The notes under the pieces were generated by a model. That model was not told the origin of the DNA. It was given only the letters and a program-made list of their open reading frames with translations, and did not search any database. Of a stretch of DNA of 64,000 bases, positions 44,205 through 52,782 are shown piece after piece (position 1 is the stretch's first letter; every line of letters begins with the position of its first letter). The position numbers and the translations under genes are program-made. Where the stretch lies: positions 62,001-126,000 of IMG/VR virus record IMGVR_UViG_3300023278_002893, one strand, 5' to 3'.

Positions 44205-45215
44205 TTATCCTCCAAGATGTTCTCTGACATCGTTATAAGTAAAGTCCTTAGGATCTTTACCATCTGGTAAGCCAACAACTATCGTGCTGACAAAAGGTTC
44301 GAGCATTTTATTCACACGCTTCGCACCTTCTCTTCCTGCCTTATCTGCGTCCAACATGATGGTCACATTTTCCGCATACTTAGAGAGAAGACCTCTCTGT
44401 ATTGGTGTAATGTCTATTCCCATAGCAGCAACAACATTATACACGCCCTGCATTGCCAATCCCCAAACATCTACAAATCCTTCTACCAATATTAAAGTTC
44501 TATCCTCGCCTTGTAGAACATCACCGACATACCATTTGGCAACATCCAGATTATATAAAGTAGTTCCTTTGTTTATGTTCTTCATCAGAAGATATTTGGG
44601 ATCTTCGTTGGAATCTGTTCTACGACCACTAATGGTAAGTAGATCGCCATTTTCGTCCCGAATAGGTATAGTTTCTCTGTGAATTCCCTTACCATCAGTA
44701 TAACCTCCTATCTCATAGAAGTCTAGGAGTTCTGCAGGGAAACCACGATCTTCAAAATAACTGGAACGATTTGATTTCAAATCTTCTAAGACCAACTCTG
44801 GAAAAAACCGGGTAGTTGAGGAGACGGGGGTACTTGCTTTGATTTCCCTTTGTACCTCCCGCTGTTGTTTCATTTCTAAATACTTGTCAGACAGAGTTTC
44901 TTGATTGTTTAGATCAATACCGGCTATATCCGCTAAGAACCTAACAGCATCGACAAAAGTTACTCCCGATGCCTTCATCACCAACCCCACTAAATCCCTG
45001 TCACCCTCCCCCTCACAATGTCGGGTGTAACAGCACCACGTTCTGGTCTCTAAATTGAACCGGAAACCTGTGATGTTATCTCCTCCGTGAATTTTACACG
45101 GGCCTCGGAGTTCCCGACCACTCCGCTTGACTATATTAAAACCAAGGTGGTTAAGAACACTCTCAGGATCAACCGAGAGCTTAACATTAACAATAGTTTC
45201 AGGCTGGATCTTCAC
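44205..45215 (-). CDS. dnaG: DNA primase (CHC2 Zn finger plus TOPRIM)
   Basis: CKIHGG...WCCYTRHC, SGRR, PKYL, LVEGFVD, MLDADKAG, GKDP. Confidence 0.88.
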   Translation of the reverse strand: MKIQPETIVNVKLSVDPESVLNHLGFNIVKRSGRELRGPCKIHGGDNITGFRFNLETRTWCCYTRHCEGEGDRDLVGLVMKASGVTFVDAVRFLADIAGIDLNNQETLSDKYLEMKQQREVQREIKASTPVSSTTRFFPELVLEDLKSNRSSYFEDRGFPAELLDFYEIGGYTDGKGIHRETIPIRDENGDLLTISGRRTDSNEDPKYLLMKNINKGTTLYNLDVAKWYVGDVLQGEDRTLILVEGFVDVWGLAMQGVYNVVAAMGIDITPIQRGLLSKYAENVTIMLDADKAGREGAKRVNKMLEPFVSTIVVGLPDGKDPKDFTYNDVREHLGG

Positions 45216-45663
45216 TTGATGCTCTCACAATCTGTTCAAAAACTACCCTAACATTGGTTCTAAGTGACTCATCACTGATATTAGGCACGCCGCGGACACC
45301 CGCGTCTCGGTACCTCTTAAGTTCTATGGACAAGAACTCAAAAACATCATCCTCCACCTCTTCGAAGCTGGTGTTAGTAGAATCTGCTAAAGTGTCTCTA
45401 AAAAAGTCAGCAAGTCGGGCAGATACTTTCAACGCATCTGCGGTATCGAACTCACTCGGATCGTCCTCAACCTTGGATGCTGCCATATTAAGAAGAGTAG
45501 ATAGCGGTATGGATTTTAAGATACGATCTACCCACATCTTAACTTTGGGATTCTTAAAGTAAAAGAAAAAAAGTAATCCAAGTCCCGCTGTCGCTGCTAC
45601 CGTACCCACCAGATCTAGAATTTCTCTAATATCCATTTCCATCCTCCTCCCCGTCCCCACCAC
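45199..45663 (-). CDS. Hypothetical protein with one N-terminal TM helix
   Basis: LVGTVAATAGLGLLFFFYF. Confidence 0.55.
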   Translation of the reverse strand: MVGTGRRMEMDIREILDLVGTVAATAGLGLLFFFYFKNPKVKMWVDRILKSIPLSTLLNMAASKVEDDPSEFDTADALKVSARLADFFRDTLADSTNTSFEEVEDDVFEFLSIELKRYRDAGVRGVPNISDESLRTNVRVVFEQIVRASSEDPA

Positions 45664-47068
45664 TAGACATCAAGTCTCTGAGCTGGACACGAGATTCCTG
45701 CATAGTCAATATTTTTTTGCGGAAATTCATATCAATTCCGCTGAAATTAGTTCCACCTGCACGGGTATCCAGGATCTGAAGACGATGCGTTCCCATACCA
45801 AGTGCATTATCTCTACCGTACTCCTCCTCCAACTTCTTCATTTCCTCGTGTGTCTTAGGAGCCAATCCTAAGAGGGTGTTTGCATACCTGAGGATACGAT
45901 CTGAATCTGCGAAGTCAGTCGCAGTGACGCGTCCCTTGTTGGCCCCCTCCCTGCCAATCTGGGCTGCAGTCAAAACTGGTATCTCCAATTGCCCTGCTAG
46001 ATTCTTGAGCGCCACACACAAATAACCAAGGGCCTGATATTCTTTCACCTTTCCCATCTGCTGGAGATCCGCATCTGGGAGTTTAATGTAATCAAAGATT
46101 ATACAGCCAATACCGTGCTGATGCTTATATTTTCGTGTGAGAGCACTCACCCCCTCAGCTGTGAAGTCGGGGTAGTACTTGTGTAATATCTTGCCTCTCT
46201 GAGCAATGTCGAGCGCCTCATCCACCGCCTTGTCCCATTCGGGGTTAGATGTATAAGTTCCGTTCTTGATCTCCTTCTCATAAACACTAGACAAAATAGA
46301 CAACAAACGAAATTGCTGCTCTTTGGTGCTCATCTCAGTATCCAAATACAGGACTGGGATGTTCTCCACATATGCCAAATGCTGAGCGATATTCATAAGA
46401 GTGGCTGACTTTCCCGCCTTCGGGCGGGCTCCCAGAACCGTCAGAGTCCCGGGCTCCAGGCCGTTGATGGCGGTATCGAGGAGTTCGAATCCGGTGGATA
46501 GTCCTCTAACGCTGGTAGGATCTGACTTCGCCTCCTCAACAAGCTCGGCCAGTCCCTCTGATATATTTACCGCATCGGTTCCTTTATTACTCTCAACCGA
46601 GATCTGGAGGAACTGCTCCTGGGCATGACCTACTATATCCTCGGCAGCCAGGGAATCTCCTGTAAGGACCCGGTTCTGATCGGTCATCTCGTGGATCTCT
46701 GCGGACGCTTTTATGATCTTGAATTTAGTGCTGGCATCCAAAACTCTCTTAATGTAGAACTCTATATTGTTAGGCTCCACTCTCTTATCGAAGAGGGCAT
46801 TAACGTAATCATATCCGTAGATCTTCTCCTCAAGGCCCATGGTGCCCGCCTGAGTTAGAATAGCGGCAGCATCTAAGGTAGCAAGATCCTCCCGCATCAG
46901 ACCTTTTATGATAGTCCAAAGAGCACGATTGTGGGAAGTTAGAAAATCACCATCACTTAGTTTAGCCTCGACTTCGAAATAATTTGTAGGATCTTTGAGA
47001 ACACACGCTATAATCGTCGCCTCATTACCGGCATGTGAGAACTTAACTTTAGTTTGTTCCAAATCCAT
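45626..47068 (-). CDS. dnaB: Replicative DNA helicase (DnaB family)
   Basis: GLSTGFELLD, GARPKAGKS, DTEM, IFDYIK, LKNLA, AAQIGR. Confidence 0.92.
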   Translation of the reverse strand: MDLEQTKVKFSHAGNEATIIACVLKDPTNYFEVEAKLSDGDFLTSHNRALWTIIKGLMREDLATLDAAAILTQAGTMGLEEKIYGYDYVNALFDKRVEPNNIEFYIKRVLDASTKFKIIKASAEIHEMTDQNRVLTGDSLAAEDIVGHAQEQFLQISVESNKGTDAVNISEGLAELVEEAKSDPTSVRGLSTGFELLDTAINGLEPGTLTVLGARPKAGKSATLMNIAQHLAYVENIPVLYLDTEMSTKEQQFRLLSILSSVYEKEIKNGTYTSNPEWDKAVDEALDIAQRGKILHKYYPDFTAEGVSALTRKYKHQHGIGCIIFDYIKLPDADLQQMGKVKEYQALGYLCVALKNLAGQLEIPVLTAAQIGREGANKGRVTATDFADSDRILRYANTLLGLAPKTHEEMKKLEEEYGRDNALGMGTHRLQILDTRAGGTNFSGIDMNFRKKILTMQESRVQLRDLMSSGGDGEEDGNGY

Positions 47069-47553
47069 TAAGAGCGTTCCCTAGAAACAATAGTGCGTTC
47101 ATCCCGGCGTCTATTATTTTCAGCCTTGATCGCATTCATAAGTTCGATAATGGGCTTATCCACACCATCGAGGAGATCCCTTTCCGCAGTGGCTATAGTA
47201 AGTTCTAACTCCAGTGCGCTCAATTCCCCAGAAGAAGCAATCGCATTGGCTTCTCTCTCTTTAAGAGTACCACCGGGTATGTTACCTGATTGGATAAGGG
47301 ATTTGACTCTTCGATCCAACACCTTCTTCTTTGTACTCGACTCAACCCTCGCAACATTGGATCTATACTGAAGAGTAATAAGGTACTGCCCCAACATGAC
47401 TACATACTGGGACAAAACCTGGGAGGAGTATGCCTCCATGTCCCGCGCGTTGAAGTTAAACACCTCTTCGATCTGAGAAGGAGGTGCGGCGGCATGAAGG
47501 GACAAATCATTCGACACCTGCTTCAATCTGTCTCTGACCGACTCATCCATCAT
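47068..47553 (-). CDS. Helical protein, possibly a UvsY-like recombination mediator
   Basis: All-helical, ~160 aa, basic C-terminus, between recA and dnaB; function is inference only. Confidence 0.4.
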   Translation of the reverse strand: MMDESVRDRLKQVSNDLSLHAAAPPSQIEEVFNFNARDMEAYSSQVLSQYVVMLGQYLITLQYRSNVARVESSTKKKVLDRRVKSLIQSGNIPGGTLKEREANAIASSGELSALELELTIATAERDLLDGVDKPIIELMNAIKAENNRRRDERTIVSRERS

Positions 47554-47893
47554 TCTGCGCCTCTTCTATTTTGATTAGAATATCTTCTGTAGTGATCGGA
47601 ATTTCGTCAAAGTTTATACGAAGAAGAGTATTGTCATGTAAATCACACCACTCCTTCTTCATCTTATCTCGTTTCTTCTGACCTTTAAAAGCCATAGCGT
47701 CTTTGTGAAAATGTTTATTGAACGAAGTGTGTTGTTGTCCCTGCACTTCCACATAGAGATTGAGTGTGGGTAGATAGAAATCAAAAAACAACCGCTGTCC
47801 TTGGAACTCCACGTACTCCTCGTGCTTGATGAGGAGATTAGGCAGCGCTTTTTGAAGACTTTCTAGTACGCTTTTTGCTAGATGGCTTGTCAT
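47543..47893 (-). CDS. Vsr/DUF559-like endonuclease
   Basis: FFDFYLP..NLYVEVQGQQH...RDKMKKEWC...LLRI. Confidence 0.7.
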   Translation of the reverse strand: MTSHLAKSVLESLQKALPNLLIKHEEYVEFQGQRLFFDFYLPTLNLYVEVQGQQHTSFNKHFHKDAMAFKGQKKRDKMKKEWCDLHDNTLLRINFDEIPITTEDILIKIEEAQNDG

Positions 47894-48950
47894 CTACTTG
47901 CTCCCCCACAATCTCTTTTTCTGGCTCGTCAGGAACATCAACTACCCCACCTGTAATTATAAGACGTAATTGCGCTTCCAGGGAAATTTTCAGAGAAATA
48001 TCTTTCTGTAGTTCCAATTTAGCTCTATCTTTACCCTGCCACTTATGCTCTCCATAAGTTAGCCACGAACCGCCCTTCTCAATAAGACCCATATCCACAC
48101 CCATCTCTATCAACTCGCCATCAGTATCATAGCCCATACCGTAGATCAAATCTACTTCGGCTGTTCGCCAAGGGGCTGCTCTTTTATTCTTCACCACCTT
48201 GAAGGTGGTTCGGTGACCATACACCTCACCTGTACCCGCATCCAGAAGCTTGCTGGCCTTAGACTGCCCTCCTCTAACATCTATCCTGTAAGCGGCATAG
48301 AAGGGAAGGGCCCTACCTCCGGTAGTGGTTTCTGGATTACCATAGGTTCCGATCTTATTTCGGATTTGATTGATGAAAATTAAGAGCGTGTTAGTTCTCT
48401 TGACTATAGGTAAGATCTTCTGAATTCCAGCACTTAGGAGACGGGCATGTTGTCCTATAGACTGCTGGTCAAAATCGGCTTCCATACGTGCTTCCGGAAC
48501 CAGGGCAGCAACGCTATCTATCATAACAATAGCAAACTCGCCTGTCTCCATGAGCTTCTGGGCTATACTTAAATTGGCTTCCCCGGTAGGCGCACCGTCT
48601 ACAACCATGACTTGGTTTTCCGGAAGGCCGAGTCTTACCAGAAGTTCGGTATCTAAAGAATTCTCGGCATCTATGATGGCGCATTTATGACCACGGGCAC
48701 AGGCCTGCAACATGGTGGCGTAACCGAGAAAACTCTTCCCCACACCTTCTGGTCCGAAGATCTCAAGAAGAAGTCCCCGTTCAAAACCACCGCGACCTAC
48801 GGCGTTATCCAAACCCAAACATCCGGTAGAAAGATACTCACGTTCCTCCTTCGCAGCTTCTCCCAGCCACTTAATTACATGGCCGTATTCCTTTTCAATC
48901 GCTTTAGTGGTGACGTTAATTACCTGATTATTATCAGTCGGTGTTATCAT
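47838..48950 (-). CDS. recA: Recombinase RecA
   Basis: STGCLGLD, EIFGPEGVGKS, IDAE, IDSVAALVP, IFINQIR, PETTTGGRALPFYA, VVKNK. Confidence 0.95.
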   Translation of the reverse strand: MITPTDNNQVINVTTKAIEKEYGHVIKWLGEAAKEEREYLSTGCLGLDNAVGRGGFERGLLLEIFGPEGVGKSFLGYATMLQACARGHKCAIIDAENSLDTELLVRLGLPENQVMVVDGAPTGEANLSIAQKLMETGEFAIVMIDSVAALVPEARMEADFDQQSIGQHARLLSAGIQKILPIVKRTNTLLIFINQIRNKIGTYGNPETTTGGRALPFYAAYRIDVRGGQSKASKLLDAGTGEVYGHRTTFKVVKNKRAAPWRTAEVDLIYGMGYDTDGELIEMGVDMGLIEKGGSWLTYGEHKWQGKDRAKLELQKDISLKISLEAQLRLIITGGVVDVPDEPEKEIVGEQVDDKPSSKKRTRKSSKSAA

Positions 48951-49476
48951 TTAGTTTCTCCAAAATCTTCTTTCTTTTCTTTGCCGCATTCTCGAAATCC
49001 TCCTGGGAATTTTCACGATCCAAGACTTCGTTTATCTTCTCAATGTACTCATTAGTTTTTAACTCCTCCACCTCACTCACATCACCATTGACGAAATTAC
49101 AAACTCTATCCATGATAGAACGGGAGGTTAGAATAGTCAAATGATTTATCGGCTCGCGAAGTTTCAAAAACTCCTCATACTTAAACAAAGCATCTACCAA
49201 CTCGGCTGACTCTCTAACAGCATTTTTCCTGCTGAGCCCTAACTTCTGACGTGAACGAACTAAATCGGCCGCGTATAGGTTATCCTTACCCCAGTCTATA
49301 GATGCGGGGAATTTACGATCTTCATTGTAGTAGAACCGGCGAGCATAGAAATACTCTACCAACCTCTTAACACTGGTTACCGACTCAGTGCTAGGAAATT
49401 TTACCTTAATGACTCGATAACCCCGATCTTGAAGAGACTTGACGGCATCTTCCTCATCAAAGTATAATCCAGACAC
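48934..49476 (-). CDS. Hypothetical protein
   Basis: ORF track; between dnaN and recA. Confidence 0.6.
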   Translation of the reverse strand: MSGLYFDEEDAVKSLQDRGYRVIKVKFPSTESVTSVKRLVEYFYARRFYYNEDRKFPASIDWGKDNLYAADLVRSRQKLGLSRKNAVRESAELVDALFKYEEFLKLREPINHLTILTSRSIMDRVCNFVNGDVSEVEELKTNEYIEKINEVLDRENSQEDFENAAKKRKKILEKLNDNTD

Positions 49477-50633
49477 TAATCAACCTTTTTAAGGGTACAA
49501 ACAAAAGCCTTGAAAGCGTCATCCTCAGGCTCTTTCAACAGAACACCACGAGCATCCGAAGTAAAGTAAAACTCAAACTCCGCACCCCTCAACTGGCGCA
49601 AGGAATTCTGAAGCAACATGGAATCGAAGTGTAGTATGAAATCAGCAGGAGTGGAAACCTCAAGATCGGAACTCTCCGCCTCACCCGTCACGCTGGAAGT
49701 TGAGAGGCTGGCGGTTCCTTTCTCGGCAGCATCCACTACCAGGCGATGACTCTTAGCATCCACAGATGGCTGCATTCCCTGGAGAACAGACATAAATGCT
49801 TCTCGGGGGAAAGTTGCCAGTTCTAAACCGGAAGTAACCATATAGTCAGTATAGTCTGGAAACTTAGTACTAATTAAAGTACCCACCAAAGTAGTACCAC
49901 CGCTCTTCAAGAAAAACTGGTCATCCTCAACATACATATTCACAACATCGAATGAAGGATTGACCAATTTAGATGCGACGGTTGCAAACTTAAGCCCCAA
50001 AATGAAAGAGCCGCGAAGGCCATTGACCTCCGCGTCTCGTCTAAACTCTGCAATTTGAATGCCGTCTGTTGCGGCGAAGACAACTTCATCCTCGGTGAGG
50101 GTGAGTTGGATACAATTAAAGTGCAATTTGGAAACATCTTTGGATGCGGCATGTCCTACCTTGGACAGGCCGTCCATGAACTGAAAGGCTGGAAACTCAG
50201 TGGCCAAAGAATCATTGAACTCGGGGGCCTCAATGAAGAAACCAGAATTCAGCAGTGGGAAGTTCCGCACATGCTTTAGAGTATGCTCTTCAGACACACG
50301 ATTACCACCAGAAACCTTGAGAGTACTCTTGGAAGTGGTCGCGAGAATAACATTATTTGGTTCGTTATCAAAACCAAAGTCCTCAAAGGTAGCAGTAACG
50401 GAGGTCGCTACCGCACCTGCCTTAACTAGGGCCTCCCCCTCTTCCTTAACAATTGCGGGTACTTGTACCCTAACACCTAAATTATCGTCAGAGGAAGTAA
50501 AAACCGCAGTGGATCCTTCTGCGCGAACAAGGACACCGGTCTTCTCCTCTGCGACGGCAGAACTAGCGGGTGCAATTTCGTTGCACGTGTTCAGCGCCCG
50601 CTTTAAATCTTGCGCAGCAATCTCAATCTTCAT
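49476..50633 (-). CDS. dnaN: DNA polymerase III beta sliding clamp
   Basis: 385 aa three-domain pattern; HAASKD, AATDG, LISTKFPDY. Confidence 0.8.
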   Translation of the reverse strand: MKIEIAAQDLKRALNTCNEIAPASSAVAEEKTGVLVRAEGSTAVFTSSDDNLGVRVQVPAIVKEEGEALVKAGAVATSVTATFEDFGFDNEPNNVILATTSKSTLKVSGGNRVSEEHTLKHVRNFPLLNSGFFIEAPEFNDSLATEFPAFQFMDGLSKVGHAASKDVSKLHFNCIQLTLTEDEVVFAATDGIQIAEFRRDAEVNGLRGSFILGLKFATVASKLVNPSFDVVNMYVEDDQFFLKSGGTTLVGTLISTKFPDYTDYMVTSGLELATFPREAFMSVLQGMQPSVDAKSHRLVVDAAEKGTASLSTSSVTGEAESSDLEVSTPADFILHFDSMLLQNSLRQLRGAEFEFYFTSDARGVLLKEPEDDAFKAFVCTLKKVD

Positions 50634-50656
50634 ATGTACCTCTCCATAAGTATTAA

Positions 50657-50673
50657 GACAGGAGTCTCCTGTC
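50657..50673. promoter_or_regulatory. Perfect inverted repeat, operator-like, just downstream of the dnaN promoter
   Basis: GACAGGAG-T-CTCCTGTC. Confidence 0.4.
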
Positions 50674-50684
50674 GCTACAAATCA

Positions 50685-50713
50685 ACTATACGACATAGTC
50701 CCCTCAATGTCAA
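50685..50713 (-). promoter_or_regulatory. Sigma70-type promoter for the replication block
   Basis: TTGACA-TTGAGGGGACTATGTCG (17 nt)-TATAGT. Confidence 0.7.
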
Positions 50714-50735
50714 GTATTTAATTTCGCGGATTGAA

Positions 50736-52736
50736 TTACGGATCACCTGTAATAGTGGCGCTTAGATCTACTGGGAATACTCTATTGGCTAGAGCATTCA
50801 TATCGAAGAAGTCCCGGACAGCGGAGACTTCTGCGGGGAGGGAAACTGTTCCACCAGAACCCGTAATAATTGCTGACATGTCGAACTCTCCTTGAAGTCC
50901 AATTACGGAGGCAATGCAATTTCGTACCGCCTCATCTAATGTAGCGAAAGAAGTAAGGTTTCCTAAGCGACTTACCCGACCGGCTGCGAAATCTCCAAAC
51001 AATCCGGAGGTGATTTCACGAAAGGATCTAACATTGATCTTCCAATTCTCTGTACTGTCACCGATGAACGCATCCTGAGTACCATTGACGTAGAAGTAAT
51101 CTAGGAGCTGTCCTTCTAGTTGTATTCGAATCTCCTGAATATCTAATTCTCTGCCCCCTCTGAGCTCCGCTGCGGTTATCGAATTGCGAGCAGGTGACAC
51201 ACGTGGGAGTCTACGTAAAGCTTTGATACGTGCAGGGAGATCTACATTTGGGGCACCTGCTGAAATAGCCGCACCTAAATTCAGACCACGGAAAGGCGAG
51301 AAAACAACACTAATAGTATCTGTTGTCAGGAATGTGGGTAGTTGCGGAAGCATAGGAGTGAATCTAACTAAAATAGAATCCATTGTATAGAATATTTCTT
51401 TCTGGTTTATAGTAGCGCCGAGATCGGCGTCTATAAAAGACAATATGTTAGCACCCAGATCACCTACATGTTGTGCGGTCGCAGTTGCGGAAAGGGTTAG
51501 GTTTGCGGAACCTCCTGCACAAGTGGGGCTACCTATGGTGGCGCGGATGTCAGACGCATTGAGGGTACTGATAGTTAGAATAGCAGTAACGAAAGTCTCC
51601 GAGGCCCGGAGAAATGCAGAAAGATCTGCGGTGTCACGAAGAGATTCGATGGTCGCGGGCAGGTTGTGAAGATTAGAGTTGGAAGAAATAGAAGCAAGAA
51701 GATTACTGGGGTGGAAAGGCTCTAAGGTGGCTGCCAAAAACCTATCGTGCTCACCCAAAAGCCAAGCGCTTGTGGTGGCTGCGAGAGTCTTAGAGGAAAG
51801 GAAAGTAATGGTGGCTGGGAGATCCGCTTCAACTTCTATCTCCAGACCGATTGTGGCCTTTAGATCAGCAGGGACGAGACCCAACAGCGACACAGGTAGA
51901 TCTATCAAATCCTTACTGGAACTTAGGAACGCCGAAAGATCCGACTCATCAAGGGGATCTCCTGTAATGGTGGCTGTTAGGAAATCCTCCATGCGGGAAG
52001 AAAGGGTTGCTGGTATATTTAGTTGGGCCGCTGAAAAACCTGTAACATATGCGAATAGCTTAGGGGCCGCGAGACCAAGCATTGTTCCGGGCATATCCCT
52101 ATACTGAAAGGCAAAAATGTCGGCGGGAACATCAAATTTCTGAACTGATTGGATAAGGCCTGGAAGATCGTGGGGAGCCCAGATAATAGCACCCAAGTTG
52201 GTTCCGTGTTGGGAGAACACAGTTGCTGCCAGATCAGGAGCTGCTATCCCTAGGATTATTCCTCCCAAATCTTTTTGGGTAATCTGTAAACGAGCACCGA
52301 GATCAAGTTGTGCTAGAACACCTGTGATAGAAGCAGGCAAATCTGAAGAAAACAGTCCGAAGATTACAGCCTGAAGTTCTGGTAGGAATGCTACTGGAAA
52401 AACACACGCGGGAAGATCAAATGCTTCCTGAGCCCTAATAAACAAAGCCAGATCTTCCGTACCTGTCTGTACGGCACGCATAACTGCGCGAAGATCTGGA
52501 AAGTTATATGCAATAGGGGGCTTGCGAACGATACCTTCGATAATGGTAAAGTCTGAAATAAAAGAAATACCAGACTGAGTTTGATCTGAGGCTGGAGTAG
52601 GGGTACTTCCCAACACGGCCTGGATATGAGGGCCGGTATGGGCAGATATAATAGAGCGTATCAACGCCCCCGCGTCTTCACGACCGGCATTATATAGGGC
52701 ACTATTATATGTATTCCTATTATAAGTACCTGCCAA
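50736..52736 (-). CDS. Repeat-rich putative virion fibre protein
   Basis: N-terminal YNRNTYNSALYN; about 30 degenerate D/N-L-x-A-x-I repeats at ~12-aa spacing. Confidence 0.6.
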   Translation of the reverse strand: MAGTYNRNTYNSALYNAGREDAGALIRSIISAHTGPHIQAVLGSTPTPASDQTQSGISFISDFTIIEGIVRKPPIAYNFPDLRAVMRAVQTGTEDLALFIRAQEAFDLPACVFPVAFLPELQAVIFGLFSSDLPASITGVLAQLDLGARLQITQKDLGGIILGIAAPDLAATVFSQHGTNLGAIIWAPHDLPGLIQSVQKFDVPADIFAFQYRDMPGTMLGLAAPKLFAYVTGFSAAQLNIPATLSSRMEDFLTATITGDPLDESDLSAFLSSSKDLIDLPVSLLGLVPADLKATIGLEIEVEADLPATITFLSSKTLAATTSAWLLGEHDRFLAATLEPFHPSNLLASISSNSNLHNLPATIESLRDTADLSAFLRASETFVTAILTISTLNASDIRATIGSPTCAGGSANLTLSATATAQHVGDLGANILSFIDADLGATINQKEIFYTMDSILVRFTPMLPQLPTFLTTDTISVVFSPFRGLNLGAAISAGAPNVDLPARIKALRRLPRVSPARNSITAAELRGGRELDIQEIRIQLEGQLLDYFYVNGTQDAFIGDSTENWKINVRSFREITSGLFGDFAAGRVSRLGNLTSFATLDEAVRNCIASVIGLQGEFDMSAIITGSGGTVSLPAEVSAVRDFFDMNALANRVFPVDLSATITGDP

Positions 52737-52782
52737 TTTTATCTCCTACAATTATTCTATTTTATATGACCCCTCTCAGTTA

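Noticed and set aside
3525-52770. Recurrent AAYAGA in short intergenic gaps as a late-promoter motif
   Set aside because: Short and AT-rich, and several copies overlap stop codons; not separable from chance without statistics.
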